64,000 nucleotides of DNA. Source: Paraspadella gotoi. Taxonomy: Eukaryota; Animalia; Chaetognatha. Each line of letters starts with the position of its first letter. Position 1 is the first letter of the stretch. Positions 48,023 through 61,900 of the stretch are shown in pieces. Position numbers and translations under genes: made by a program. The notes beneath the pieces are model-generated. The model worked only from the letters and a program-made list of their open reading frames with translations. It had not been told where the DNA came from and did no database searches. The stretch is from contig CM119264.1 of the NCBI GenBank assembly GCA_051294375.1, forward strand, positions 29,141,290 to 29,205,289, given 5' to 3'.

Positions 48023-49479
48023 CGAGCCTTTTCTGTTTTTCTTTCCTACTTTACGATTTTAATCGGTTGTAAGAAGGAGAGAAAGACCCGTCTGTTTTTC
48101 ATCTTCATTTTTATCCATCTGTCTGCCTATGTTTTCTGTCTGTTTGTTCGCATTCGTTTGGTTGCTTGGTGTGCTTAGTTGCCTGGTGTGCTTGGTTCCT
48201 TGGAGTGCTTTTCCTTAATGAATTTGTTCGTTTTTTTGTCCTTTTGTTTTTGTAATAAATTTATTTCTATTTTTTTTTAAATTAAGAATGAAATTGATAT
48301 AACGATAATCATGCATTCATTTATTCAAATATGTTATTTAATGGATAAATCAAAAATGTGTCCCTTTTGTTTTCCTATTTTTAATTGGACCGTCGTAAAA
48401 ATGGCTAGCCAAAGGACAGGTACCCTTAATCGGCCAAACAGGGTTTTGTCTCCCTCTCATCCCTGTTTAATTATCTAAAAGTTCATTCGTGTTTTACCTC
48501 GAAATCTTTCTTTCGTTCGATCCGTATTTCCCTGTATACTTAGGCGATTTCCCTGTACAACATATTCTCTCGCTCTTCGATGGTTCGAGACGAAAATAAA
48601 AAGAGAAACTTTGCCCTTTTTGGTCATATTTTTTAAAAGTGACCTGTTTCAGTTTAAATTCGTATTTAATCAAGTTTAAAAATTAGTTTAGGGAATAACG
48701 ATAAGGATTAGGTTCTGCATTTAGTTAGATATTTGGTTTATGATTAAGGTTAAGAATTAAGGTTAGGAATTAATGTTTATGGTTAGCGGATATTATTAAG
48801 AATCTGAGTTTGATTGTAAAGATTAAGGTGAAAGATTATGTTAGCAATGAGAGCGATTAATTATATTAAGCATTTGGAAAAGGATGAATCTTAAATATTT
48901 AAATTAAAAATTAATCTTAAGGATCGGGCATAGTAATGGGGCACTTTGGGAAAATAGTGCAGAGTTTTTAATCTCGACTAAAGAGTTTTTCTTGTTTACG
49001 GTTAAGATGGCGCCGCTGGACGAGTAAAGGGTTCCTTGGAGACACGGCCGCCGCCGTAGGCCGCCGCCGTAGGCCGCCGCCGCCGCAGGCCGCCGCTTCA
49101 ATCTCGGCGAAGAACCTTTTTTTTCTTTTCACCTTTTGTCTCTTCTTCTCGTTTATGGGTTTCGCCTGTTTAATGAACGAGCATCGAACGAGGAAGCGTA
49201 AAACCTTCTCACCTTTTCTCTTCTCTTTTCTTTTATGTCTTTTGTTCTTTTGTTATTTTTTAAAAATGGTAATTTTGTTTCTTTAGTAATTTTACTAAAC
49301 ATTGGGGATTTGTTTTTGTTTTTTTTACCGATAAATTTTATAATAGCTAATTCAGAAGGCTTGGGTTAGACAGAATGTTGGGTTTATACGTTTATATGTT
49401 TATACGTTTATATGTTTTTATATTCAATTTGAAATCATAGGTTCATTCACTTATTTAATCATCTCGATCGTGCCTTTGA

Positions 49480-49820
49480 TTCATTATTCATTCAATGATT
49501 CATTGATTTATTCTTTCATTCAATTATTCATTCAAATATTCATTCATTCATTCTTCCATTTATCTAACTATTCCTATATTTATTAATTTAATTATTATTA
49601 TTATTATTTCTTTCATTCATCATTCCAACTCATTCATTCATTCTTTCATCCTTTCATTCATTCATTCATTCATTCATTCATTCATTCATTCATTCATTCA
49701 TTCATTCATTCATTTATTCATTCATTCATTCATTCATTCATTCATTCATTCATTTATTCATTCATTCATTCATTCATTCATTCATTCATTCATTCTTTCA
49801 TTCATTCATTCATTTATTCA
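49480..49820. repeat. (TTCA)n microsatellite
   Basis: Directly visible. Confidence 0.95.
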
Positions 49821-49889
49821 ATACCAACTCGTCTTTCTTCGTCTTTCATCCGTCGATCTTTCCTTTCATCTCTTTTTTTGCCCGAAGAC

Positions 49890-49941
<52 letters not shown>

Positions 49942-50014
49942 TTCTCTCTCTCTCTCTCTCTCTTCTCTTCTCTCTCTCTTTCTCTCTCTCTTCTCTCTCT
50001 CCCTCTCTCTCTCT

Positions 50015-50047
<33 letters not shown>

Positions 50048-50504
50048 ATCTTCTCTCTCTCTCTCTGGATCTTCTTTTTCCCTCTTCTTCTCGCTCTCAT
50101 CTGTCTCCGTCTTCTCACTGTATCTTCCATATCTTTTTGTTCCGCGAAATCGAAATTACGAAAGATAATCGATTGAGAAGAAATGGAGAGGAATCGACGG
50201 GATTGGGAAGGGAAGAGGGAGGGAGGGGGGGAGGAAGGAGAAGGGGAGGGAAGGGAGAGGGGAGGGAGAATGATGGAGAGGAAGAGAGAGGGAGAGGAAC
50301 GGGGAGGGGAATAGTGGAGAGAGAGAGGGAGAGGGAGGGAAGAAGGAGGGGGGAAGAGAGAGAGGGAGTGAGGAGGGAGAAAAGGGGGAATAGGGAGAGG
50401 GAGGTGAGAGGGGAGAGAAGGGGAGGGAAGGATACATGGGAGGAGGGGGAGGGAGGGGAGAAAAGAGGAGAGAAAAAAAGAAAGAAAGGGGAGGAAGAAG
50501 GATG

Positions 50505-53348
50505 TAATGGAGAGTAGGGGAAAGGACAGAAGGATGAGGAACGGAAGAGAAAAAGAGGAGGAAGAGAAAGTAAGAGAAGAAAGAAAAGAAGGAAGGGTGG
50601 GAAGGAGAAAAAGAGAAGTCTGCGGAAAATGGCAGAGATTATCTAGGGAGAGGATAAACGAGACCAAGGGAGAATAAAATCTTTGAGAAATAATGAAGCT
50701 TCGCTGGTGACAAAAAAAATAAGATTAGCAAAAAAAATAAAAAAAATAATTTAATCCTGACGCTTAAGATGGCAATTAAACTCAACGGTTTCTAAGATGA
50801 CGTTCGGATCATCTTCACAGTTGGTGATTGCAATGATTTGGAATGCAATGATCTCTCAGTTGTCTATTTATAATCTATTTATCATTATCATCATCATCAT
50901 CATCATCATCAATCATCATCATCATCATTCATCATCATCTCCATCTCTCTCAGATGGTTCTCGGATCGTAACTCCTCCTTGTCTTTCGTTCGCCACTTCC
51001 ATTCAACTAAACAGAGGCAGAGTCATAATTTCTTTTTTTTTTGCGGAATTCATCGTTGAGTCGAGAAATCAAAGAAACAAAGAGAGATGAGGATGAAAAA
51101 GAGATGAAATGATGAAAAAGAGATGAAATGATGAAAAAGAGATGAACTGATGAGAAAAAAGACGCCAACGATGAGAAGAGATGAAACGATGAGAAAAAGA
51201 GATGAATGATGAGAAAAGAGACTGAATGGAGAAAGGATGAAATGATGAGAAAGGAATGAACAATGAGAAAGTATGAACGATGAGAAAAGAGATGATGATA
51301 GAAGAAGAGATGAAATGAGAAAAGGAGATTAGAGATAAAGAGATGACGGTGAGAAGATACAATGAGAAAAAAGATAATAATGAGAAAGAGATGAAGATGA
51401 GAAAGAGATGAATGATGAGAAAGAATTGAACGATGAGAAAAGAGACGAACGATGAAAAAGAAGATGATGATGAGAAAATAGATGAACGATGAGAAGAGAT
51501 GAACGATGAGAAAAGAGATGAATGATGAGAAAGAGATGAAAATGAGAAAAGAGATTAAGAAGATAAAAGAGATGACGGTAGGAAAAAGAATAAACGATGA
51601 AAAAAAGATGAACAATGAGAAAGGAGATGAACGATGAAAAAGAGTTGAAAGATGAGAAAAGAGATGAGCGATGAGAAGTATGACGATGAGAATGAGAGAA
51701 AATGAGAAAGAGATTAACGATGAGAAATGAGATGAAATGAGATAGAGTTAACGGCGAGAAGGATGACGGTGAGAAAAGAGATTGAATATGAGAAAGAGAT
51801 GAAAATGAGAAAGAGATTTCGATGGGAAAAGAGATGAACAGGTGGAAAAAAGATAACATGAGAAGAGTGAAAGATGAAAAAGAGATGATGATGAAAAGAG
51901 ATGAACGGTTGAGAAGAGATGAACATGAGTAAAGAGATTATGAAGGGTAAAGATGAATGCTGGAAAAGAGATAAAGAATGAGAAAAGAGATGAACGATGG
52001 GAAAGAGATGAATGATGAGAGAGGAGATGAACGATGAGACAAGAGATGAAGGTTGAGAAAAAGAAATGAATTGAGAGGGAGATGAACCACGATAGAAAGA
52101 GATGAAGGGTTGAGAAAGAGATGAACGATGAGAAATTCGTCGCCTCACAAATAGTTGATTTTTTCTTTTTTGGTTTCCGTTTCACCATCGAAATAAAAAT
52201 CTGGATCAATGTGAACGTGAAGGGTGAGTCACGTGACTTCACGATAGTTGATCGGAGCCAATTGAGTGATACAAAAATGATTAAATTCGAGTCACGTGAT
52301 TGTTATTCTTGAATTCCCTTCGCGTGAATTTTCTGGTTGTGACGCGCGTGAGAGAATTCAAACTAAGAGAGAGAAAGAGAAGCCAAGGTGCTCTTTGGAG
52401 ACGGAGTTCGCATTGCTGATTATGCGTTGGTGTGAATTGGCACTAAGTGGCCGGGGCTGCGCCCACGATGCGATATGAAACGTATTGATGTTCTTTTGCA
52501 GTTTATGAAGAGGAATCCGAGACAGAGAGAGGGAGAGGAGAGAGGTGAGAGAGAGGGGAGAAGAAGAGGNNNNNNNNNNNNNNNNNNNNNNNNNGAGGAA
52601 GAAGAGATGATAATGGAGAGTAGGAGGAAAGGACAGAAAGGAATGAGGGAGGAAGGAAAAAGAGGAGGGAAAGTGAGAATAAGAGAAAGAAAAAGAAGAA
52701 GGACGAGATAGAAAGAATGACGATAGGAGTCGAAGGAGAAAAGGAAAGGAAGCGAAGGAGGCCGAGAGAAGAGAAGAGAAGAGAGAAGAGAAAGAGCACC
52801 GCGCCCGCGAGAGAAAAGAGAGAGAAGAGAGGAGAGAGAAACGCAAATTGAGAGATGTAGGCGATGCAGTAAAAAGAAAAAGGAAAGAAAGGAAAGCAGA
52901 GCTAGTGAGAGAAACGAGAGAGAGATCAGGAGAGCAGAACCGAGAGAGAGAGAGAGAGAGAGGGACAGCAGAGAAAGAAAGAGAGAGAGAGAGGATGAGA
53001 GAGAGAGAGAGAGAGAGACGAATAGAGATGAGAGAAAAGAAAAGAAAAGAAAAGAAAAGAAAAGAAAGGAAGGGTGGGAAGGAGAAAAAGAGAAGTCTGC
53101 GGAAAATGCAGAGATTAATGCTAGGAGAGGATAACGAGAAAAGGGAGAATAAAAATCATTTGAGAAATAATGAAGCTTCGCTGGTGACAAAAAAAATAAG
53201 ATTGAAATAATTAAATCCTGACGCTAAGATCGGCAATAAACTCAACGTGTTACTAAGATGACGTTCGGATCATCTTCACAGTTGGTGATTGCAATGATTT
53301 GGAATGCAATGACTCTCAGTTGTCTATTTATAATCTATTTATCCAATT

Positions 53349-53399
<51 letters not shown>

Positions 53400-55030
53400 T
53401 CCATCTCCATCTTCAAGATCAGTTCTCGATCGTAAAATCCTCCCCTTGTCTTTCCTTCGCCCACTTCATTCACTAAAACAGAGACAGAGTCATAATTTCT
53501 TTTTTTTTTGCGGATTCATCGTTGAGTCGAAAATCAAAGAAAAAAGAGAGATGAAGGATGAGAAAAGAGATGAATGATGAAAAAAGAGATGAATGATGAG
53601 AAAAGAGATGAACGATGAGAAAAGAGACGAACGATGAGAAAAGAGATGAACGATGAGAAAAGAGATGAATGATGAGAAAAGAGATGAATGATGAGAAAAG
53701 AGATGAATGATGAGAAAAGAGATGAACAATGAGAAAAGAGATGAACGATGAGAAAAGAGATGAATGATGAGAAAAGAGATGAAAATGAGAAAGGAGATTA
53801 ACGAAGATAAAAGAGATGAACGGTGAGAAAAAAGATAAACAATGAGAAAAAAGATAAATAATGAGAAAAGAGATGAAAGATGAGAAGAGAGATGAATGAT
53901 GAGAAAAGAAATGAACGATGAGAAAAGAGACGAACGATGAAAAAAGAGATGAATGATGAGAAAATAGATGAACGATGAGAAAAGAGATGAACGATGAGAA
54001 AAGAGATGAATGATGAGAAAAGAGATGAAAATGAGAAAAGAGATTAACGAAGATAAAAGAGATGAACGGTAGGAAAAAAGATAAACGATGAGAAAAAAGA
54101 TGAACAATGAGAAAGGAGATGAACGATGAAAAAAGAGTTGAAAGATGAGAAAAGAGATGAACGATGAGAAAAGATATGAACGATGAGAAATGAGATGAAA
54201 ATGAGAAAAGAGATTAACGATGAGAAATGAGATGAAAATGAGATAAGAGATTAACGGCGAGAAAAGAGATGAACGGTGAGAAAAGAGATGAATGATGAGA
54301 AAAGAGATGAAAATGAGAAAAGAGATTAACGATGGGAAAAGAGATGAACGGTGAGAAAAAAGATAAGCAATGAGAAAAGAGATGAAAGATGAAAAAAGAG
54401 ATGAATGATGAAAAAAGAGATGAACGGTGAGAAAAGAGATGAACAATGAGTAAAGAGATTAATGAAGGGTAAAGAAATGAATGCTGAGAAAAGAGATAAA
54501 CGATGAGAAAAGAGATGAACGATGGGAAAAGAGATGAATGATGAGAGAGGAGATGAACGATGAGAAAAGAGATGAAGGTTGAGAAAAGAAATGAATGATG
54601 AGAGAGGAGATGAACGATTAGAAAAGAGATGAAGGTTGAGAAAAGAGATGAACGATGAGAAAATTCGTCGCCTCACAAAAGTTGATTTTTCTTTTTTGGT
54701 TTCAGTTTCATCGAAATAAAATCTGGATCATGTGAAACGTGAAGGGTTGAGTCACGTGACTCACGCCATTGAGTGAACAAAAATAATTAAATTCGAGTCA
54801 CGTGATTGTTTAATTCTTGAATTCCCTTCGCGTGATTCTCTGGGTTGTGACGCGCGTGAGAGAATTAACTAAGAGAGAGAAAGAGAAGCCAAATGCTCTT
54901 TGGAGACGAAGCTTGCATTGCTGATGTCGTTGGTGTGAATTGGCATCAGTGGCCGAGGCTGCGCCAGATGCGATAATGAAACGTTATTTGAGTTCTTTTT
55001 GGCATTCTATGAAGAGGACGAGAGAGACGA
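50505..55030 (+). repeat. Tandem ~2-2.4-kb duplication either side of the 25-N gap 52570-52594
   Basis: 50590-52520 aligns by eye with 53068-55025 (e.g. ggaagggtgggaaggagaaaaagagaagtctgcggaaaat; aagatgacgttcggatcatcttcacagttggtgattgc; gagtcacgtga twice). Differences are mostly small indels. Confidence 0.9.
53545..54662 (+). repeat. Purine-rich 19-bp satellite array (second assembly copy at 51080-52135)
   Basis: Unit gatgaacgatgagaaaaga over ~1.1 kb. Produces the spurious F/S/H/I-rich minus-strand ORFs. Confidence 0.92.
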
Positions 55031-55057
55031 GAGAGAGAGAGAGAGAGACGAGAGAGG

Positions 55058-55111
<54 letters not shown>

Positions 55112-55404
55112 AAAAGAGAGAGAGAGACAGTTGTGACGGGTTAGGCGATTAGCGTTTGAAGCTGAAGTAAAGTGACAGAGGGAGTGACAAAATGATGCTA
55201 AGGCCGTGTCTAAGGGCGTGACATAATGATGAAGAAGCCGTGACAGAAGTCGATGGCCTAAAAGAAGACGACGACTTTTTTGTCAATTCACTTTATGATT
55301 TTTCCTTCAAGGAGACTTTTTGACTTTCTCTCTTTCTCGCTTCTTTGGAAAAGTAATTTTACTCATCGCTGTTTATTTTTACTGCCTTTCCTCTTTCTCT
55401 CTCT

Positions 55405-55440
<36 letters not shown>

Positions 55441-57054
55441 GACATCCGTTGCGATCGCGCACGCACGAGGGGGTGCTCCGGCGGCTACACTCGTGTGTGT
55501 GACTACTCTCTCTCTCTCTCTCCTCTCCCTCTCTCTCTCATGGGCTCATACTCAGAAGCCGCTCGTATAGCGCACGCGTCCGGATGCCGCCGGCGCCGGC
55601 GGCGAGCGGCGGCTGCTCCTTGCCTTTGCGACTTACTGTGCGCCGGCTATTCGTCCCTGCTCCCTTTCCTTCTCGTCGTGATCTCCCGGATGCCGTCGCG
55701 ACTGCAAAGTCGCATCCTGGTGCTGAGCCCCCACGGCATAACTTACTGCTGTGTTCTCTCTCTCTACCCTCGTCACTTGCCGAGCTCTTCTCTTCGTGCC
55801 TGCCTGTAGCTAGTCGACTTATGCGGTTCGCGCGGATGCTCGTGATAATGTCGTTTTTTGATGAAATATTATATTATTGCAGGTCATTTCATCGTATGTT
55901 TGAAAGAGAGAGAAAAGAAAGAGTGGTGTTTTGAGGAACTAGATTAAACAGAAGAAAGAAACAAATGAAAGAAAGAAAGAAAAAATATGACGAACGAAAG
56001 AAAGAAAGAAAAAAGAAATGAAAAAAATATTAAAATGAGAGGTGAGGAGCGAGATCGAAAATAACACCCAATGCAAACAAAAAATATAAATAAGTAGTGT
56101 GTGATGTGTATAGGAAATGAGTGTGTGGCGATTAAATTTATGAGGAATATTTCCAACAGGAAACAATTAAATACAGCAAAGTGAAAATATTGTTGCCCTA
56201 ATGTCCTATTGTTTAATTTTTAAGAATTTGAGCTTAAAAATAATAAGTATTACTCAAAAGATATAAATCTAACAGACTAAAATATATGCTGAAAAACAAT
56301 TGAAAAGATGATAAAGATTATAAATAATATATCTGGAAAAAATATTATATCATATAATTTGCATTTTTGATTACGCCGAAGGACGTATGAAGACGTCAAT
56401 GAGTCAGCATTAAGTTGTAGATTTAAAAGATCTAGGTGTGATGTGATGAATCTATAAATTCCGCAGCTTGCACCTGTATACTTCTTAAAAAAAAAGAAAT
56501 TTTGTAGGTTTTCATTTAACAAAATAGGTTGAAAAAAAGACTATTTGATAAGTAATCTGCTTCTTAAAATAACGATTTACTGACTTTTAAGCTTAGATGG
56601 GCGAAGGGAAAAAAACGTCGGTTTCTACTGGTAGAAATTTAAGCCTCTGGTCAAGTGTGCATGCTCTAATCTGATTGAACCGGACACTGTGATAATCAGT
56701 TAAAGCATCTAAACTTGTGTACGAGAAACTTGCACAGTATGGTTAAATTTTCTCGGATTGTATAGTTTAAAAATAACGCGTGAGTAGCCTGTTCATGATC
56801 CAACTATTCCAAATTCGATCGTTCTGTGAATGTGACGTAGTGCGCGTTGAAGTGATAGATGTAGTGGGGTATTGAAGGTTTAAAAAACTTACCTCAGAAA
56901 ATTAATATGTTTTGAATGCTAGCGACAATTGTTGAGAAATTCAAGAGGAGAGGGAAATGACCAAAAATACATTAAATGAAAAAACAAAACAAAGACTAGA
57001 ATAGGAGGAGCTGAGACGGCAAGAACCCAAGAGAGAGCATCAACGAGAAAGCAC

Positions 57055-57085
<31 letters not shown>

Positions 57086-57266
57086 CCCCGATCCGCTCCG
57101 GACTGTGTCGCACCGGAGAAGCCCGAACTCACCATCGAGAAGAGAGAAAATCTCCCCGAATACAAAAAGAACGAGTAAGCCCGCGAAAGAGAAGTGGAAG
57201 TCGGTCAGATACGCGCGCCCGCTGCTCCGGTGGACGCTTGCTGTCCTTGGAGAGCTGAGTATATGA

Positions 57267-57310
<44 letters not shown>

Positions 57311-58893
57311 CTCTCTATCCTTTTCCGCTGATACTGCGACTCTCTCTCTCTCTCCGTGTCTCTCTCTCTCGTCTCTCTCTCTCTCTGTCTCTCGTCTCCC
57401 TCCTCTTTTCTCCTCCTCTCTATAGTTAGAAAATGTTTTTTAAGGTCTTGATGAGAAGCAGTCACCCTTGATATTCTTTCCTTCCTTTTTTTCGACTTTT
57501 TTTCTATTTTGTCATGCTTTGCTTTTTTTTTTATTTTCCAACGATTTTTTTCGCACAAATAGAAATACGGAGACGAAAAAATAAGTTGTCGTCGTTGTCG
57601 ATGTTGACGTTATTTTGTGGTTGCTGCAGGTTTTATATTATTGTTTTGTGCTGCGTTGTAGTTTTCTTAGAAAGTTGTTTTTATCAATATCTTTGCCATG
57701 CATATATTTTTTGTGTTTTTTTTTTGTTTTGCAAAGTTTATTAAAAAGCCGAACTGAGTGTTAAACTTAAAGCTTTAAGCAGGAAATGTTAAGAGGCCGC
57801 GTAGTTGAGGGATGTGGAAATTATTGGCCGCTGAGCCTCGTAACGGGAGAGAACCACAAAAGAGTTTTTTGATCGAGCAGACCGTCACGCCTCTAGCGGT
57901 TCACCATAGAGACCGAAAGAAATAAAAGAAGAGAAAAGAAAATAAAGTNNNNNNNNNNNNNNNNNNNNNNNNNNNNNNNNNNNNNNNNNNNNNNNNNNNN
58001 NNNNNNNNNNNNNNNNNNNNNNNNNNNNNNNNNNNNNNNNNNNNNNNNNNNNNNNNNNNNNNNNNNNNNNNNNNNNNNNNNNNNNNNNNNNNNNNNNNNN
58101 NNNNNNNNNNNNNNNNNNNNNNNNNNNNNNNNNNNNNNNNNNNNNNNNNNNNNNNNNNNNNNNNNNNNNNNNNNNNNNNNNNNNNNNNNNNNNNNNNNNN
58201 NNNNNNNNNNNNNNNNNNNNNNNNNNACGACGACGACGACGACGAAGACGACAAAAAGGACGACGACGATAGAATGATGATGATGATGGTGATGATGATG
58301 ATGATGATGATGANNNNNNNNNNNNNNNNNNNNNNNNNNNNNNNNNNNNNNNNNNNNNNNNNNNNNNNNNNNNNNNNNNNNNNNNNNNNNNNNNNNNNNN
58401 NNNNNNNNNNNNNNNNNNNNNNNNNNNNNNNNNNNNNNNNNNNNNNNNNNNNNNNNNNNNNNNNNNNNNNNNNNNNNNNNNNNNNNNNNNNNNNNNNNNN
58501 NNNNNNNNNNNNNNNNNNNNNNNNNNNNNNNNNNNNNNNNNNNNNNNNNNNNNNNNNNNNNNNNNNNNNNNNNNNNNNNNNNNAAAAAAAGGAAAAAAAT
58601 ATGGTTGAGTTATGGAGAGAATCTTTTAGAAAAAACGCATAAGAAGAGTAAATTATAATCGCGTCCACATTAAAAAAAGGCGAGAAAAGAAAGAAAAAAA
58701 AGAAAGAAGAAAAAAAAAGAAAAAAGAAAAAAAGAAAAAACTAAGAGAAACGAAAAGATGAGAAAAAGATTGAAGCTGATGGAGAGAGATTAATTTGAGT
58801 GGAGGAAACTCAACTCAACCGGAGAGAGACAGAGTGGGGGAATGCTTTCTCTCTCTGTCTATCGTTTACTCTCTCTCTCTCTCTCTTTTTCTT

Positions 58894-58926
<33 letters not shown>

Positions 58927-61900
58927 GTTAAAAAGTTCTTAATAATTTTTATCTGACCTTTTATTTTTTAAAGCTTTATGTATTTTTTAGTTTTTTTTTA
59001 TTAAGTGGCTCCAATAATTTTGTTTAAAGCCTCTAATTGGTTGAATTTTATACTTTTAATTATCTGGTCTCTCATTGGTTGATAATAACTAGTAGATGTT
59101 TTGATTGTATTCTCAAAATGTGAACTCTCCTCTCATTGGTTGTTATAATTTTGTCTTTGTATATAAAAGGAGAGTAAATTCTAAATTTTTGGGAGATTCT
59201 TCTGAGACCATCAGTATTAAATGATATTTGTGAAATTATTTAAATATGTTAATCAATTTTTTTGTTTTTATATATCTTTGAGATGCCGCTGCGTCTCGGC
59301 TCTGCTGCTGCATCTTGTCTCTGCTGCTTATTTCAGTCATGCTGATGCACCTGTCTCAATGACTATTGGATATTGAATACTTAATAAAGTTACTATTCTA
59401 CTTTTATCTTTTGATATATGGATTGAGTTAAAATTAAGTCGAGATTAAGCACTGCTCAAACAATGTTCTAATCTGCAAATCAATAAAACCAAAGGAANNN
59501 NNNNNNNNNNNNNNNNNNNNNNNNNNNNNNNNNNNNNNNNNNNNNNNNNNNNNNNNNNNNNNNNNNNNNNNNNNNNNNNNNNNNNNNNNNNNNNNNNNNN
59601 NNNNNNNNNNNNNNNNNNNNNNNNNNNNNNNNNNNNNNNNNNNNNNNNNNNNNNNNNNNNNNNNNNNNNNNNNNNNNNNNNNNNNNNNNNNNNNNNNNNN
59701 NNNNNNNNNNNNNNNNNNNNNNNNNNNNNNNNNNNNNNNNNNNNNNNNNNNNNNNNNNNNNNNNNNNNNNNNNNNNNNNNNNGAGAGAGAGAGAGAGAGA
59801 GACAAGGCGCCTTTTTTTCAATTTCTTGATATCGCGATTCCGAGTTTGAGAAACGTGACGAGACTTTTTATTGGAAAAATAAGTTTGGGATTTTTGTGTG
59901 AGCAAAAGAGTGGAAACTTGGACCAATCAATCAAGAGGGAAGAGAGAAAAGGAAAGTGAAAAGAAAAGAAAAGAAAAAAAAGAAAGCGATAAAAAGGAGG
60001 AAAGAAAATAGAAAGAAATAGGAAAAGATAGAAAGATAGAAGGAAAAAAAATAATTTGAAAAAAGACGAAAGAAGGTTAAAAAGGCTGGAAAGCAACGAA
60101 CGAAAGTAAAAATATGAAAAAAAAAGTAAAGGAAAATAACCACAATAAAATATGGATACTAAATATAATTATTAAAAACTACAAAAAAGAAAAGAAAAAA
60201 ATGAAGGGAATCAATAAATAAAAAAGAAAACAAAAAAAAATAAACAAATAAAAAAAGAAGGAAAACATCGAATTAGGAGAATAACAAAAGTCCATTAAGT
60301 GAAAATCATCAGAAATAAATGGAAGTCGCTGCAGTTAATCAAATTAACCAGAATTTTAGGTTCGTNNNNNNNNNNNNNNNNNNNNNNNNNNNNNNNNNNN
60401 NNNNNNNNNNNNNNNNNNNNNNNNNNNNNNNNNNNNNNNNNNNNNNNNNNNNNNNNNNNNNNNNNNNNNNNNNNNNNNNNNNNNNNNNNNNNNNNNNNNN
60501 NNNNNNNNNNNNNNNNNNNNNNNNNNNNNNNNNNNNNNNNNNNNNNNNNNNNNGGAGAAAGGGGAGGGAGAGAGGGAGAGAAAAGGGAAGGGAGGAATGA
60601 TAATGAAAAAGATAGGAAGGAGAGAGGGAAGGGAGAGAGGAGAAAGGGAAGGGAGAAAGAGAGAGTGAGAGGAAGGGAGGACTGATAATGAAAGAGAAAG
60701 GAGAGGGTAAAAAGAATAAAAAAAAGGAAAGAAATGACCGACTTTTGAATCTTAGGCTTTGAGCTCAAAAGCTTCGGAATTGAGTGAATAAAAGTTTATA
60801 AATCAGGAAATGGAACTGAGGTAATGGAAATGGAAATGGAAATGGAAATGGAATGAGGTACTGGAAACGGAAATTGAACAAGGGTACTGGAAATTGAAAA
60901 GAGAAATAGAAGTGAAAATGAAAACCGAATGAAGTGGAAAAAAATTGTGGAGATGGAATTTAGAAAAATGAGTTAATTGAGTAAAAAATGGAATCGTGGG
61001 AAGAAAACTGAAATTTAAGACTTGAGTTGAACTGTAGAAGCTTAAATTGGATTAAAGAAAATGATAAAAAAATGAATAAAAAAATTTATAGAGAAAAAGA
61101 ATAAATAAAAGTAGAAAACAAAAATCCACGAGGGGCGCGGTAAGTATAAAAGGTAAGTATAAAAGGAAACAAGACTAACAAAAAAGTTTGAATAAAGAGT
61201 TGACAAACATGGAAGGAGGCTGTTGACNNNNNNNNNNNNNNNNNNNNNNNNNNNNNNNNNNNNNNNNNNNNNNNNNNNNNNNNNNNNNNNNNNNNNNNNN
61301 NNNNNNNNNNNNNNNNNNNNNNNNNNNNNNNNNNNNNNNNNNNNNAGAGAGAGAGAGAGAGAGAGAGTTTAGCAAACATAAGAAGAGATGGGTGAGCCGG
61401 TCGTCGCTGCCGCTGCCGGGTAAGTGCGATGGAAAAGGAGGTAATATATTGGGTGAACACTGAACACTGAACAGTGCTAAGAAATGATATTTGGTTTGAA
61501 TTTTTATCATTACTTTGATATATATCCTAAATTATAAAATGAGAAAATCAGAAAAAATGAAACAAACCAAAACACAACGAGACTAAAACAAAACAGACTG
61601 AACGAATGTACCACGTAAGCAATCAAGATCGCTGATTCAATTTTAAAAAATTAATTAAAAAATTAATTAAAAGTTGAAAATTAATTTAAAAAAAGTGGAA
61701 AAGGTAAGGAAAGGAGGAATGAAAAGAAAGGGTGGAGGGAGGAAGGAGGAAAAGGAAAGGAAAGGAGGAAGTGGAGGAAGAGAGGGGGAAGTGGGAGAGG
61801 AAGGAAGGAGAAAAAAAAGAGAGAAGGTGGAGGAAGGAAAAGAGAGGAAAGGAGGAAGTGGAGGAAGAGGAAGAGGTAGGAAGAAGAGAGGGAGGAGAGA

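Noticed and set aside
53490-54446. 318-aa hydrophobic ORF
   Set aside because: Antisense translation of the 19-bp satellite.
57238-57260. REST/RE1-like motif (gctgtccttggagagctga)
   Set aside because: Imperfect match, in a noisy region, and REST is not expected in this kind of invertebrate.
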